A DNA stretch of 64,000 nucleotides from NCBI GenBank assembly GCA_045560295.1, contig JBJKZL010000001.1, forward strand, positions 595,907-659,906, in the 5' to 3' direction. Each line of letters begins with the position of its first letter. The stretch's first letter is position 1. The notes beneath the pieces were generated by a model that was given only the letters and a program-made list of their open reading frames with translations, searched no databases and was not told where the DNA came from. Origin of the DNA: Fidelibacterota bacterium (GTDB lineage Bacteria; Fidelibacterota; Marinisomatia; Marinisomatales; Marinisomataceae). The translations under genes were made by a program, and so were the position numbers. Positions 10,836 through 20,973 of the stretch are shown here, piece by piece.

Positions 10836-11919
10836 ACCACTCTTCATGCTTCTCTGTAATAATATCTTTAATATTCGATAACTGTAAAGCTCTTATTGCA
10901 GAAACCATGATTGCATCAGGGAATGATTTTTTTAAATAAGCTATTCTATCTTGATCAACTATATCTACTTTATTAAAAATATATTGGCAATTAATATCGT
11001 TAGCACCAATTTCTTTTAATACGCTCTCAATAGTAGCAATTTCATTTTGTAAATCTTTTGAACTCGCATCAAGAACAATTAATAGTAAATCTGAATCAAC
11101 AACCTCTTGTAAGGTTGACTTAAAGCTAGCAATTAGATTGTTAGGTAGATTTCTAATAAAACCAACTGTATCGCTTAACAATACATAATTAGAGTTTCCA
11201 ATGAATAGACGTCTTACAGTAGTATCTAAGGTTGCAAATAACTGATTTTTAATTAATACGTCACTTTTAGTAATTGCTTTCATAAGAGAAGACTTTCCAA
11301 CATTAGTATATCCAACAAATGATGTCCGGAAGAAAGATTGTCTTCTTTTACTCTGAACTTTTCTTTCAGAATCAATACTCTTTAATTTCTTTTTAAGATT
11401 TGATATTCTTTTTCTTAGAATTCTTCTATCAACCTCAATCTGAGTCTCACCAGCTCCTGCTCTAGTACCAAAACCACCCATTTGTCGCTCAAGGTGAGTC
11501 CACATTCTAGTAAGTCGAGGTAATTGGTATTGAAGCCTAGCTAATTCTACCTGAGTTTTAGATTCTTTAGATTTGGCATTATTGAAAAAGATCTCAAGAA
11601 TAACGCCACTTCGATCAATGAATTTCATTTTTTCATTTAATTTTTGAAAATTTTTTGTTTGAACAGGACTCAGATCTTCATCAAAAATAATATAATTAGC
11701 TTTGAGTAGCTTTGCTTGCTCAACGATTTGTTTTGCTTTTCCAGATCCAACAAAATATGCAGGGTTAATGCTGTTTAGTTTTTGCTCAATTACTCCACAA
11801 ACCTTTAATCCTAAAGTATCAATCAGTAAAGATAGCTCTTCGATACTATTATTATAGTTCTTGTCGCTTTTCCATATTCTAGGCGCTACTATTAATACTT
11901 TTTCTTTTTTAAGATTCAT
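10801..11919 (-). CDS. hflX: GTPase HflX
   Basis: 372 aa. HflX N-domain followed by the G-domain motifs GYTNVGKSSL and DTVGFI. Confidence 0.85.
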   Translation of the reverse strand: MNLKKEKVLIVAPRIWKSDKNYNNSIEELSLLIDTLGLKVCGVIEQKLNSINPAYFVGSGKAKQIVEQAKLLKANYIIFDEDLSPVQTKNFQKLNEKMKFIDRSGVILEIFFNNAKSKESKTQVELARLQYQLPRLTRMWTHLERQMGGFGTRAGAGETQIEVDRRILRKRISNLKKKLKSIDSERKVQSKRRQSFFRTSFVGYTNVGKSSLMKAITKSDVLIKNQLFATLDTTVRRLFIGNSNYVLLSDTVGFIRNLPNNLIASFKSTLQEVVDSDLLLIVLDASSKDLQNEIATIESVLKEIGANDINCQYIFNKVDIVDQDRIAYLKKSFPDAIMVSAIRALQLSNIKDIITEKHEEWSSSLKSPLHTQ

Positions 11920-12928
11920 CAGTAAGCAATCTTTGAAATAGTACTCTATCTAAAATATTATCTAATAGCAGACTAAAAGATTTATTAGACCAATCAGAAT
12001 CATTTTTAGTAGTTAAGAAAAATATTTTTCCTCCTAAAATATCTTTTTCTAATAGCAAGGGGTCCCCAGTAGAAATCATAATTTTAGCAAACTCTTTTTC
12101 ATCGTTTTTAAATTGAAAATACCTATAAACTTCAGACTGATTTACTAAATCTAAAGAAGTGAAAGAATGTTCTTCCAAAAATCCTTTATCATCTAAAGAA
12201 AAAAACTGATTTCTTGTTGAGCCTCGAACAGCCTTAACCTTAGGGTAGCCTAAACTATAATACAGCTCATTATTTTCTTTGATATTATTATTCATTATAA
12301 CAAAAATATATCCTTCATTTAAAAGGAACCTTTGTAACTCAACAATTATCTTTTCAGATAATGAGCTTATATCATTAAGAATGATTACTTCAGTATTAGA
12401 AAAATCATATTTTTTGAATTTATCATAAATGACGTTACTATTATTTACAAATTTATTTTCAGCAAAAAGAGTATCAAAATATTTATCTGATAAACTACTA
12501 GAGATAGATAAAACTTCCAATTTTACCGCTTTAGGTATAGTGTGGTAATCTTCTGCTATTATAACATTATCCTGCTTAAAAGATACTCTAATGTTCATAT
12601 TTTCAGCACTTACAGGCAACTTTCCATCTAACATTTGATTAGCAGAATCGATATCTACAATTTGTAATGAACTGTATGCAAGATCATTAATATCAATTGA
12701 CATATTTAATGATTCTATACCAACCATATCAAATGTTAATTGATAATATAGAGAATCTGAATTCATTATATCTGTGTCATTAAATTGTAAACTATAATCA
12801 AAAGAAACATCTTCCATTTCAACTAGTTCTTTTTCTGATATAGATTCAGAGCAAGAATGTAGAAAAAGTATTATCGGAACTATAAAAATAAAACTAAATG
12901 ATGATATGCTGTCTTTAGAATTTATCAT
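11909..12928 (-). CDS. Hypothetical exported/lipoprotein-like protein
   Basis: 339 aa. N-terminal hydrophobic segment ending LFLHSC (lipobox-like). I recognise no family. Confidence 0.5.
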   Translation of the reverse strand: MINSKDSISSFSFIFIVPIILFLHSCSESISEKELVEMEDVSFDYSLQFNDTDIMNSDSLYYQLTFDMVGIESLNMSIDINDLAYSSLQIVDIDSANQMLDGKLPVSAENMNIRVSFKQDNVIIAEDYHTIPKAVKLEVLSISSSLSDKYFDTLFAENKFVNNSNVIYDKFKKYDFSNTEVIILNDISSLSEKIIVELQRFLLNEGYIFVIMNNNIKENNELYYSLGYPKVKAVRGSTRNQFFSLDDKGFLEEHSFTSLDLVNQSEVYRYFQFKNDEKEFAKIMISTGDPLLLEKDILGGKIFFLTTKNDSDWSNKSFSLLLDNILDRVLFQRLLTDES

Positions 12929-13641
12929 TTGCTAATAATCAAATTTATAGAGCTATTCTGAGAAACCTTAGTACCCTCTTTTGGGTTTTGATTCAATACA
13001 GTATTTGGTAAGAATTTATCCTGACTAACAAATTTTATAGACCCTTCTTTTAACCCCATTTCATTAATTTTTTTTATAGCCTCACTGTAGAAAATACCTT
13101 GTAAGTCAGGTATCGTAATAAAGTCATTGGGAGCCAAGCCGGTACTCACTTCAAGTCTTACGCCAAATCCTTTTCTAATACTATCTAATGGTGCAGGACT
13201 TTGCCAAGATACAATCCCTTTAGGGTAATTTGGGCTATAAGAATAGTATACAGAGTCTACATTAATTCCAATTTGATCTAATTCAATTTCAGAAGATCTT
13301 AAAGTCTTACCTAATAATTCAGGTACTAATATTTTTTGATTGAATTGTGTAATTTTGATTTTAATTGCTCTTCCTAGTTTAACCTCTCTACCTGCAGCTG
13401 GAAATTGCTCTAAAATAATTCCCGGATTGATATCATTGGTAAAAATTGTATCAGCAATAACAACCTGAATGCCTTCAGATTTAGTAATAGACTCAGCCTC
13501 TAACACACTCAAACCCTCAAGATTAGGTATTGCAATCATACTTCTTTGATTGATATATGAAGGCATTAATAAATAATTAATAAACAGAACAAGAAATAAT
13601 CCTGTACTTACAAAAATCAAGATGTGTTTAAGAAATTTCAT
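12925..13641 (-). CDS. Membrane-anchored PASTA-domain protein (about 3 PASTA repeats, no kinase or PBP domain)
   Basis: 238 aa. One N-terminal TM helix, then repeated ~65-aa units of the form (IPNLEGLSVLEAE..., VPELLGKTLRSSE..., IPDLQGIFYSEAI...). Confidence 0.7.
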   Translation of the reverse strand: MKFLKHILIFVSTGLFLVLFINYLLMPSYINQRSMIAIPNLEGLSVLEAESITKSEGIQVVIADTIFTNDINPGIILEQFPAAGREVKLGRAIKIKITQFNQKILVPELLGKTLRSSEIELDQIGINVDSVYYSYSPNYPKGIVSWQSPAPLDSIRKGFGVRLEVSTGLAPNDFITIPDLQGIFYSEAIKKINEMGLKEGSIKFVSQDKFLPNTVLNQNPKEGTKVSQNSSINLIISK

Positions 13642-14580
13642 TTAGCTAAATCTACTATCTTTTAATGTTGGCATTCCTAATATAAAATCTTTTGCATCCA
13701 TTATCTTTTTTCCTTCTATTTGCACTTTATAGATTCTTAAAGACCCTTTAGTGCATGCAATATCAAAAAAATTTGGTGTAACAGCATCAACATATCCAGG
13801 CTCATTAGAGGATTGACTATTTATCAACTCTGATTGAAAAAATTTAATTCGCTTTCCATTAAGAAATGTGTATGCACCAGGATAGGGACTAAATGCTTTA
13901 ATTTGAGCATTTATGTCTGATCCTTCTTTATTCCAATCAATAAGAAATTCTTCTTTTATAATTTTAGGAGCTAAAGTAACTAAAGACTCGTCTTGCAAAT
14001 AAGGTTGGATTTTTTTACTTAAATACTTTTTAATAGAGCTGATAACTAGATCTGCTCCAATATGACTTAATTTTTCAGATAATGTACCATAATTATCTTC
14101 TTCATCTATTTTACACTTTTCTTGTTCGATGATTTTTCCTGTATCTACTTGAGGCTCAATCAGAAAGGTGGATACCCCGGTGATTTTTTCTTTATTCAAT
14201 ATTGCTCTTTGAATAGGTGCCGCACCTCTATACTTTGGAAGTAGAGATGAATGTAAATTGATTGCTCCGTACTTGGGAATACCTAATAATGACTTTGGTA
14301 AAATCTTGTATGCAACAACAACAAACAAATCTGGATTCACATCTTTTAGTTTTTTTATAAATCCTTCATCTAAAAGATTATCGCATTCAATAATCTCTAA
14401 ATTAGAATTATTTGCAAGTATTTTTACTGGAGTATCTACAAATTTTTGGCCACGTCCCATTTTTTTTGATGGATTAGTAACCACAGAACAAACATTATAA
14501 GATTCAGCACACTTTACAAGGACGGGGTTAGAAAACTCCGTATTACCAAAAAATATAATTTTTATCGATTTATCTGACAT
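13642..14580 (-). CDS. fmt: Methionyl-tRNA formyltransferase
   Basis: 312 aa. HSSLLPKYRGAAPIQRAI motif; sits immediately downstream of def in the transcription direction. Confidence 0.9.
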   Translation of the reverse strand: MSDKSIKIIFFGNTEFSNPVLVKCAESYNVCSVVTNPSKKMGRGQKFVDTPVKILANNSNLEIIECDNLLDEGFIKKLKDVNPDLFVVVAYKILPKSLLGIPKYGAINLHSSLLPKYRGAAPIQRAILNKEKITGVSTFLIEPQVDTGKIIEQEKCKIDEEDNYGTLSEKLSHIGADLVISSIKKYLSKKIQPYLQDESLVTLAPKIIKEEFLIDWNKEGSDINAQIKAFSPYPGAYTFLNGKRIKFFQSELINSQSSNEPGYVDAVTPNFFDIACTKGSLRIYKVQIEGKKIMDAKDFILGMPTLKDSRFS

Positions 14581-15079
14581 TATTAGATTTCATTAATTTC
14601 AGTGCCTTATCATACTTTAAAAGGTCTGTAGGAGTAGCATAATCTGTAATTAACTTTCCATCTAAATGATCATTTTCGTGCTGAATTACAGTTGCCAACA
14701 TACCAGAAAACTCTTTGGAGCATTTCTCAAAATTTTCATCAACATAGCTATAGGTAATCGTATCAAATCTTTCGACATTAATTCTAATGTCAGGTAAGGA
14801 TAAGCAACCTTCAGAGTCTACACAAGAACCAGTCCCTTTCTCAATCTTGCCATTCATAAAAACTAAAGGTGTATCACATTCTTTAGTGTGGGTTATATCT
14901 ACTACAAACATTCTTTTATTGATTCCAATCTGATTGCAGGCTAATCCAATCCCATCAAATTCATACATGGTATCAAATAGATCATTGATTAGACTATCTA
15001 CGTTTGAAAAGTCTGTTATATTAGCACATACCTCTCGTAAGGCTTTATGCCCATAAGTAACTACTTTTTGAACTGCCAT
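14570..15079 (-). CDS. def: Peptide deformylase
   Basis: 169 aa with the three deformylase motifs: GIGLACNQIG, EGCLS, QHENDHLDG. Confidence 0.92.
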   Translation of the reverse strand: MAVQKVVTYGHKALREVCANITDFSNVDSLINDLFDTMYEFDGIGLACNQIGINKRMFVVDITHTKECDTPLVFMNGKIEKGTGSCVDSEGCLSLPDIRINVERFDTITYSYVDENFEKCSKEFSGMLATVIQHENDHLDGKLITDYATPTDLLKYDKALKLMKSNNVR

Positions 15080-15080
15080 T

Positions 15081-15398
15081 TTATTCTTTATTTTCTGAAT
15101 TTTTTAATCTAGATACGGCAGTAACATCTACCGTAAGCTCACTATTATTAGAAACACGAATAGTAGCCTTACTATTTCTCACTTGGAGAATTTTTCCGTG
15201 AATTCCTCCAATTGTCACAATACTATCACCCTTTTTTAAATTCTTTTGAAGATTTTTTACATCCTCTTGCTTTTTATTATTTGGTCTTAAAATAAAATAG
15301 TATAAAACTAAAAATATTAAAAAGATTGGTAGTTGCGCAAGAAAGGCGTCAAAAAACGACACTTCAGTTTGTTGAAATATTAATTTATTTGTTATCAT
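15081..15398 (-). CDS. yajC: Preprotein translocase subunit YajC
   Basis: 105 aa. Single TM helix followed by KKGDSIVTIGGIHGKI, typical of YajC. Confidence 0.85.
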   Translation of the reverse strand: MITNKLIFQQTEVSFFDAFLAQLPIFLIFLVLYYFILRPNNKKQEDVKNLQKNLKKGDSIVTIGGIHGKILQVRNSKATIRVSNNSELTVDVTAVSRLKNSENKE

Positions 15399-15412
15399 AC
15401 AGCAAAGTTAGT

Positions 15413-17494
15413 TTAGCTACGTTCTTTTAACAAGCGCATTAGAAAAGGTTTTATTAAGATAAATAATATGATAAATAATAGAATATTCGAAAAAATAAGT
15501 AAAGACCTAAATAGTCTATCATCGTATTTAAATACAATAGAATGAGTGCCTTGATTTAACAATAACCCTCTAAGTACTCCATTAGTTTGATATATTTTAA
15601 CTTCTTTATCATCCACGGTTGCCTTCCATCTTTCAGGATAATTTATTTCACTTAAAATTAAAAAAGCCTTTTCTGATGACACATTAACATCTATCAAAAT
15701 TTCATGGATATCCCATTGCAAATTGACAACTTCACCTTTCAAAAATGATTGTGACTCTAAATCTTTAACAACTGCTATATTTTCAGAATCAAAAGCACTA
15801 GCTGTTAAGTAGTTATACAGGTTTTTATCCTCTTTAATAATATTTTTTACAAACCAAGCTCTTGGAAGATGATTCTGTAGCTTATAAATATTTAAATCAA
15901 TTTTACCGAATGCAGAGTTATAAGGAGTCTTAATTGATAGCTCAAAATCTTTATGATTTAACTCAACTGGACTTAATAAATACTTAACATTTAAAAATCT
16001 TAGTACGGGAATAGATAATAAATTATTCGTGTTATTTAGCAAGTCAGTATAGTGTCTAAATTTAGCAGGATGGTAACCCCCTACAGACTGGATGCCATGA
16101 AATTTTAATTTAGGATCTTGAAATAGTTCACCTGCAGCGTAAACTCTGTGTAGCTCTAAATTTTTCTTTAAAAACCTAATTGCTTCATCCTCCTCAAAAA
16201 AAGAATTGAACTTTTCTGTAGATATTATTTGCGATTTTTGTGGGTTTTCTTCAGAGGGAGAAATTATATTTTTATCAATTCTGTAAATATCAATTATAGA
16301 TATTAATAAAAAAACAAATACAATATTTTTTGATTCAAATTTTTTGAATTTATCTATATTTAATAAATCCTTAATCATGTCTTTTAAACCAAAAGCAGCA
16401 AGTATATATAAGCTAAAGTTTGATATGATCAGAATCATACTTGGTACTCTAAAGTTGCTAAAATAAGGAAAGAAAGAATAAAAGAAGTCATAAATAAGAT
16501 TAAAATATTTTCCAAAGGATAACAAAACTGATAAGAGTAAAATACTTGCAAAGAATATTTTATTTGAGTTGAGTTTGATCAAAGAGTATAAGGCGGACAG
16601 TAGTACAAAAAAGCCGACATAATTAGGATAGTCAGTGAAAGGCATGTATCCAGTATAAGATGATCCTCCAAAGCCATAATAATTAGGGAGAATATATGTT
16701 AATAACTCTTTTGGGTGCATAGACCAATTAGTAGCATACTGATAATGGTTCTCCCCTCCAGCTCTAATAGAATTACTAAGATAATCTAAAGATGGATAAT
16801 ATATATGCGATGCTATTAAAAATGCGATTCCGCATGAAAGTATAAAATATAATAGATATTTTTTCTTTTTATTTTTTTCTTGAATCCATGAATAAAGAAA
16901 ATATGCTCCTGCTAGCATACAAGAATAATATGCAATCTGTACATGTCCTCTCTGTAATTGAAATCCTATTAAGATTGCAAGCAGAGCTAAAGATTCAATT
17001 GATACTGAATCTTTTAATCTGTTAACACCATATAAAACCCAAGGGATATAGGCTGCAGTCATCATTTGACTGCCATGTCCAAAAACTATCATTGTTATCA
17101 TATAGGGATTGAGCATCCAAAGTAAACCTATAGAGAATGATATTGATTTTGAAATCTTAAATTGATTTAAAAGTAAGTACATTCCTAAAGCAGTAAAGAT
17201 TAGATGTATGAATTGAATATTAATATCTGAAATTCCAACTCCAATCATCAGCCTAGTTGGAAAATATAATTCGTTAACATATGTAAATGCTTCCATCGTT
17301 GGCATACCAGAAAAAATCCATGGTTGCCATAAAGGCCAATGACCAATTTTTGACTTATAAATATCTAATATATGATTAACAGAATAAGGATTTAAAGTAT
17401 CCCCTGATCCAAACATATTATTATAAAAAATTACTGGATAAAAAAATAGTATAACGCAAAGAGCGTAAATGAGAATCAATAAGTATTTATTCAT
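15413..17494 (-). CDS. Large polytopic membrane protein, YfhO/GT-C-like glycosyltransferase candidate
   Basis: 693 aa. More than 10 predicted TM helices, a large soluble region and a C-terminal TM anchor. Lies in a glycan-synthesis cluster. Confidence 0.5.
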   Translation of the reverse strand: MNKYLLILIYALCVILFFYPVIFYNNMFGSGDTLNPYSVNHILDIYKSKIGHWPLWQPWIFSGMPTMEAFTYVNELYFPTRLMIGVGISDINIQFIHLIFTALGMYLLLNQFKISKSISFSIGLLWMLNPYMITMIVFGHGSQMMTAAYIPWVLYGVNRLKDSVSIESLALLAILIGFQLQRGHVQIAYYSCMLAGAYFLYSWIQEKNKKKKYLLYFILSCGIAFLIASHIYYPSLDYLSNSIRAGGENHYQYATNWSMHPKELLTYILPNYYGFGGSSYTGYMPFTDYPNYVGFFVLLSALYSLIKLNSNKIFFASILLLSVLLSFGKYFNLIYDFFYSFFPYFSNFRVPSMILIISNFSLYILAAFGLKDMIKDLLNIDKFKKFESKNIVFVFLLISIIDIYRIDKNIISPSEENPQKSQIISTEKFNSFFEEDEAIRFLKKNLELHRVYAAGELFQDPKLKFHGIQSVGGYHPAKFRHYTDLLNNTNNLLSIPVLRFLNVKYLLSPVELNHKDFELSIKTPYNSAFGKIDLNIYKLQNHLPRAWFVKNIIKEDKNLYNYLTASAFDSENIAVVKDLESQSFLKGEVVNLQWDIHEILIDVNVSSEKAFLILSEINYPERWKATVDDKEVKIYQTNGVLRGLLLNQGTHSIVFKYDDRLFRSLLIFSNILLFIILFILIKPFLMRLLKERS

Positions 17495-19011
17495 GATTGA
17501 TTAAATATTTTTTTCTTTAAACTATCAATCATGTCTTTGTCTTCTTTTTCTATACCTAACAACATATAAAAAGAGAAGTATCCAAAAAATACAATAATAA
17601 TAGATAATAATAGAAAGAGAGTAAGATTTAGAAGTGATGAAGAATAATCTAATAAGCTAAGAATATATTTCTTCGAAAGAATAGTTAAGCCTATAGTTAG
17701 TGCTGCAGATATTATAGGCTTAATTAGCTTAAGTGAAAAAATATTCAAATTAAGTATATAGTAATTTTCAAAGAATCTTAGACAGCTAATGATCAAAAGT
17801 GCTATTGAAGTAGCTAAAGCTGCTCCAACAATACCATATTGTGGAATTAAAATAATATTCATAATAATATTTACAGCAAGGGCCACTAATACATTTAAAA
17901 GATTTAGATTTGAAAAACCACTCATTGTTAAAGATGAAGAACCAAGTCCAAAAAAAGCCTGAATCATTATACCTACTGTTAGAATCTTCAAAGCTAAACC
18001 ATTATCAAATTCACTACCAAACAACATTAGCATTGGATTAGAGAATAACATTAAAAAAATAAAAAGAGGTAATGATGCTACAAAAATCCATTTTGTTGAC
18101 AATTGATAAATCTCTTTCATTTTTTCGGAATTACTTTCGTAGAAATATTGTGAAAAAAGAGGAGCAAATATTCCAGCGAATGCGAATAATATCATTCTGA
18201 TAAGACCGGCAGTTCTTTCAATTGGATGATACATACCAACTGCATTTGCATCAGAAAAAATTCCTAGCATTAATATATCAATCCAATGCATAATAATTCC
18301 AATTGCTGAGACAAACATAAGCGGGATAGAGAATTTTAAAATCTTTGTATTAAACGGAGTAAAAATAATTTTTTTAAAATCTAGAGCTATAAATTTTTTT
18401 AAGAAAGATAGTATAAAAATCATACCAATAAAGGCAGATAAAAATGTAGGTAAAAGAATTGCTAATTTAGCTCCAAATATTAGATAGGAAGCAATCATTG
18501 AAACTAATAGTACCGCGGGATTTATAATCTGATTAACAAAAATTTTATACTTCAGTATTTTAAATCCTTGAGTTGCAAATGAAGCAATTAATGTGATTAC
18601 TGTAAAAGGCAATGTGAAGGCGTAAAATTTGATAATCTTAATTAGAAATGGATCTTCTGACAAAAATTTTAATACAATCCATTCTGCTGAAAAATATAAC
18701 GTTAATCCTAGAATTAAACTTGAAACTAATCCCATTTTTATTGAGGAGTAAATAATATTTTCAGCGTTTGAGCTATTTCTTTCTTCTCTACTAACAAATC
18801 TAAGTACTCCGTTATCAAGACCCATCATAGCAAATATTTCTCCTATACGAGTCACTGCATTAGCAAGAGAATATAAACCTAACATTTGGGGACCTAACCA
18901 TCTGGCCATAAAAATTGAAAATAAATAACGGAAAACTGATCCTACACTCATTCCTCCAAATGATGTAATAGCCTCACTAGCAACTTTCTTACCTAAATTT
19001 TGTTCTGTCAT
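17491..19011 (-). CDS. Polysaccharide/oligosaccharide flippase (MOP/Wzx-like)
   Basis: 506 aa with about 14 hydrophobic helices. Start overlaps the neighbouring GT2 stop by 4 nt. Confidence 0.7.
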   Translation of the reverse strand: MTEQNLGKKVASEAITSFGGMSVGSVFRYLFSIFMARWLGPQMLGLYSLANAVTRIGEIFAMMGLDNGVLRFVSREERNSSNAENIIYSSIKMGLVSSLILGLTLYFSAEWIVLKFLSEDPFLIKIIKFYAFTLPFTVITLIASFATQGFKILKYKIFVNQIINPAVLLVSMIASYLIFGAKLAILLPTFLSAFIGMIFILSFLKKFIALDFKKIIFTPFNTKILKFSIPLMFVSAIGIIMHWIDILMLGIFSDANAVGMYHPIERTAGLIRMILFAFAGIFAPLFSQYFYESNSEKMKEIYQLSTKWIFVASLPLFIFLMLFSNPMLMLFGSEFDNGLALKILTVGIMIQAFFGLGSSSLTMSGFSNLNLLNVLVALAVNIIMNIILIPQYGIVGAALATSIALLIISCLRFFENYYILNLNIFSLKLIKPIISAALTIGLTILSKKYILSLLDYSSSLLNLTLFLLLSIIIVFFGYFSFYMLLGIEKEDKDMIDSLKKKIFNQS

Positions 19012-19865
19012 TTTTCTTTTAATTTAAAATAAATCAGTTTTAACATTCCTAATGGCAAATAAAATAATAACCAATGAAAAGTTAATGTTATTATCTGTAA
19101 ACCTGATGCATGTTTCCAAAATAGTTTTACTTGACCTGATAATTTATTTCTTATTTTTTTTAACGAATTTTCACCCAAGGATTGAGAAACACTATGTAGT
19201 ATAATTGATTTTGGACTATAGACAATTTTTCTATTCATTTTTTTTGCTCTTATACTCAAATCAACATCCTCACAATACATGTTAAATGTAGTATCAAAAT
19301 AGTTCAATTTTTCGAAGTCAGTATAACTAATACATAGACAACATCCTGTAGCATAATCAGTTTCCATCATAAATGAATATCGAGGTGCATCAAAATTTCG
19401 TATACCTATATGATCAATTGTTCCTTTCCACATATTTACTAATCCACCAGCATACCATATTTTATTAATATCCATTGCGAAAAGAATTTTAGGAACAGTA
19501 ATGATACAATTAGGATCATTTAAAAAAGGATCAATCAAATGATCAAGAAAATCTGAGCTTACTATTGTGTCATTATTAATAAATACTAAGTAGTCCTCTT
19601 CATTTGGCTGTAAATAGTCAACAGCAGCATTATTTCCTCCAGCATACTTGAGATTATCTTTAAGAGCTAAAATATCATAATTAGGAAAATGCTGCTTGAA
19701 AAATTCCACTGAACCATCTTCAGAGTTATTATCAACAATTAAAACTTCATAATTTGAATATGATACCTTTTCAATAGAGGATAGACATTTTCTACTTAAT
19801 TCTTTGTCATTCCAATTAAGAACTATCAGATGAATTTTTGGATTATCTATTTTTATATTATTCAT
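19008..19865 (-). CDS. Glycosyltransferase family 2
   Basis: 285 aa. N-terminal IVLNWN...VDNNSEDGS and a DxD-type CEDVDLS motif. Confidence 0.8.
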   Translation of the reverse strand: MNNIKIDNPKIHLIVLNWNDKELSRKCLSSIEKVSYSNYEVLIVDNNSEDGSVEFFKQHFPNYDILALKDNLKYAGGNNAAVDYLQPNEEDYLVFINNDTIVSSDFLDHLIDPFLNDPNCIITVPKILFAMDINKIWYAGGLVNMWKGTIDHIGIRNFDAPRYSFMMETDYATGCCLCISYTDFEKLNYFDTTFNMYCEDVDLSIRAKKMNRKIVYSPKSIILHSVSQSLGENSLKKIRNKLSGQVKLFWKHASGLQIITLTFHWLLFYLPLGMLKLIYFKLKEK

Positions 19866-20973
19866 ATAATTTCAATTTCTTCTCAAACGATTCCCATGAA
19901 AATATTTTTTTATTGTCTTTTATGAACTTGCTCATCATCTCAAATAAGTTCTCTTCAAAAAACATATTAATTTTTTTGCTAATATGTACTGGGTCTGGCT
20001 CTACAATAAATCCAGATTTTTTATCTGACACATAATCAGACAATCCACCAACATCTGTAATAACTACAGGACGATTAAAATTATATGCCAAAGAAAGTAC
20101 TCCACTTTGAGATGCAGACTTGTAAGGAAGAACAACTAATTCTGAAGATAAGAAATATTTTTTAATATCATCTTTATCAACAAAGTGATTAATAAAGATA
20201 AAAGAGTCTTCCATATTATTAGCTCTAATCATTTCATGATATTTCTCTAAAGACTCATAATTTTCTCCAACTACTAAAACTTTTAAATCTTTAATTTTAT
20301 TTCTACTCAATGCAATTGCATTTATTAACAGATCTAAACCTTTATACTCTCTAATAAGCCCAAAAAATAAAATAGTTTTTTCAGTGTTTATATTTAAATC
20401 TGCTTTGTAATTATTGTTTGAATTATCTGCATAAGGAATTTCATATATTGGATGAAAATTACTAATGATATTAGCCTTTGGATTTATTTTTAAGATTAAT
20501 TCTTTGTTATAATTATTCATTACAATACAATGACCAATTATTTTAATAAAGCGCTGAAGTAGAAACCTCTCAAAAGGCTTATTTTCATGCGAGATAACAT
20601 TATGGAATAAAACATATCTATTTTCTTTTTTTACTGAACCCAGTAAAAACATATAGACCGGAATAAAAAAGAAACTCCAATATGAGATAATTAGTTTGTC
20701 TGTATTATTTTCCCGAATAAGTGATTTTCCTTTAATCCAGCTTAGAACATTTAAAGGATTTAGAATTGTATTCACATTTTTGAAACCGCTTTTACTATTA
20801 CCATATTCAGATTTTCCAGGGAACAATATTTTAGGATATAAAGATTTAAAATTTAAAACTTTGACATCGCTTTTCTTACTTATTTGATTAACAAGAGATT
20901 CATGAAAATCAGAAATTCCTCCTCTTAGAGGTGGAAATGGCCCTATAGTAACAATCTTTAATCGACTACTCAA
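19858..20973 (-). CDS. Glycosyltransferase, GT-B fold (GT4-like)
   Basis: 371 aa. C-terminal half LLINAIAL...VVGENY...ASQSGVLSLAYNFNRPVVITDVGGL is typical of GT4 enzymes. Confidence 0.75.
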   Translation of the reverse strand: MSSRLKIVTIGPFPPLRGGISDFHESLVNQISKKSDVKVLNFKSLYPKILFPGKSEYGNSKSGFKNVNTILNPLNVLSWIKGKSLIRENNTDKLIISYWSFFFIPVYMFLLGSVKKENRYVLFHNVISHENKPFERFLLQRFIKIIGHCIVMNNYNKELILKINPKANIISNFHPIYEIPYADNSNNNYKADLNINTEKTILFFGLIREYKGLDLLINAIALSRNKIKDLKVLVVGENYESLEKYHEMIRANNMEDSFIFINHFVDKDDIKKYFLSSELVVLPYKSASQSGVLSLAYNFNRPVVITDVGGLSDYVSDKKSGFIVEPDPVHISKKINMFFEENLFEMMSKFIKDNKKIFSWESFEKKLKLYE

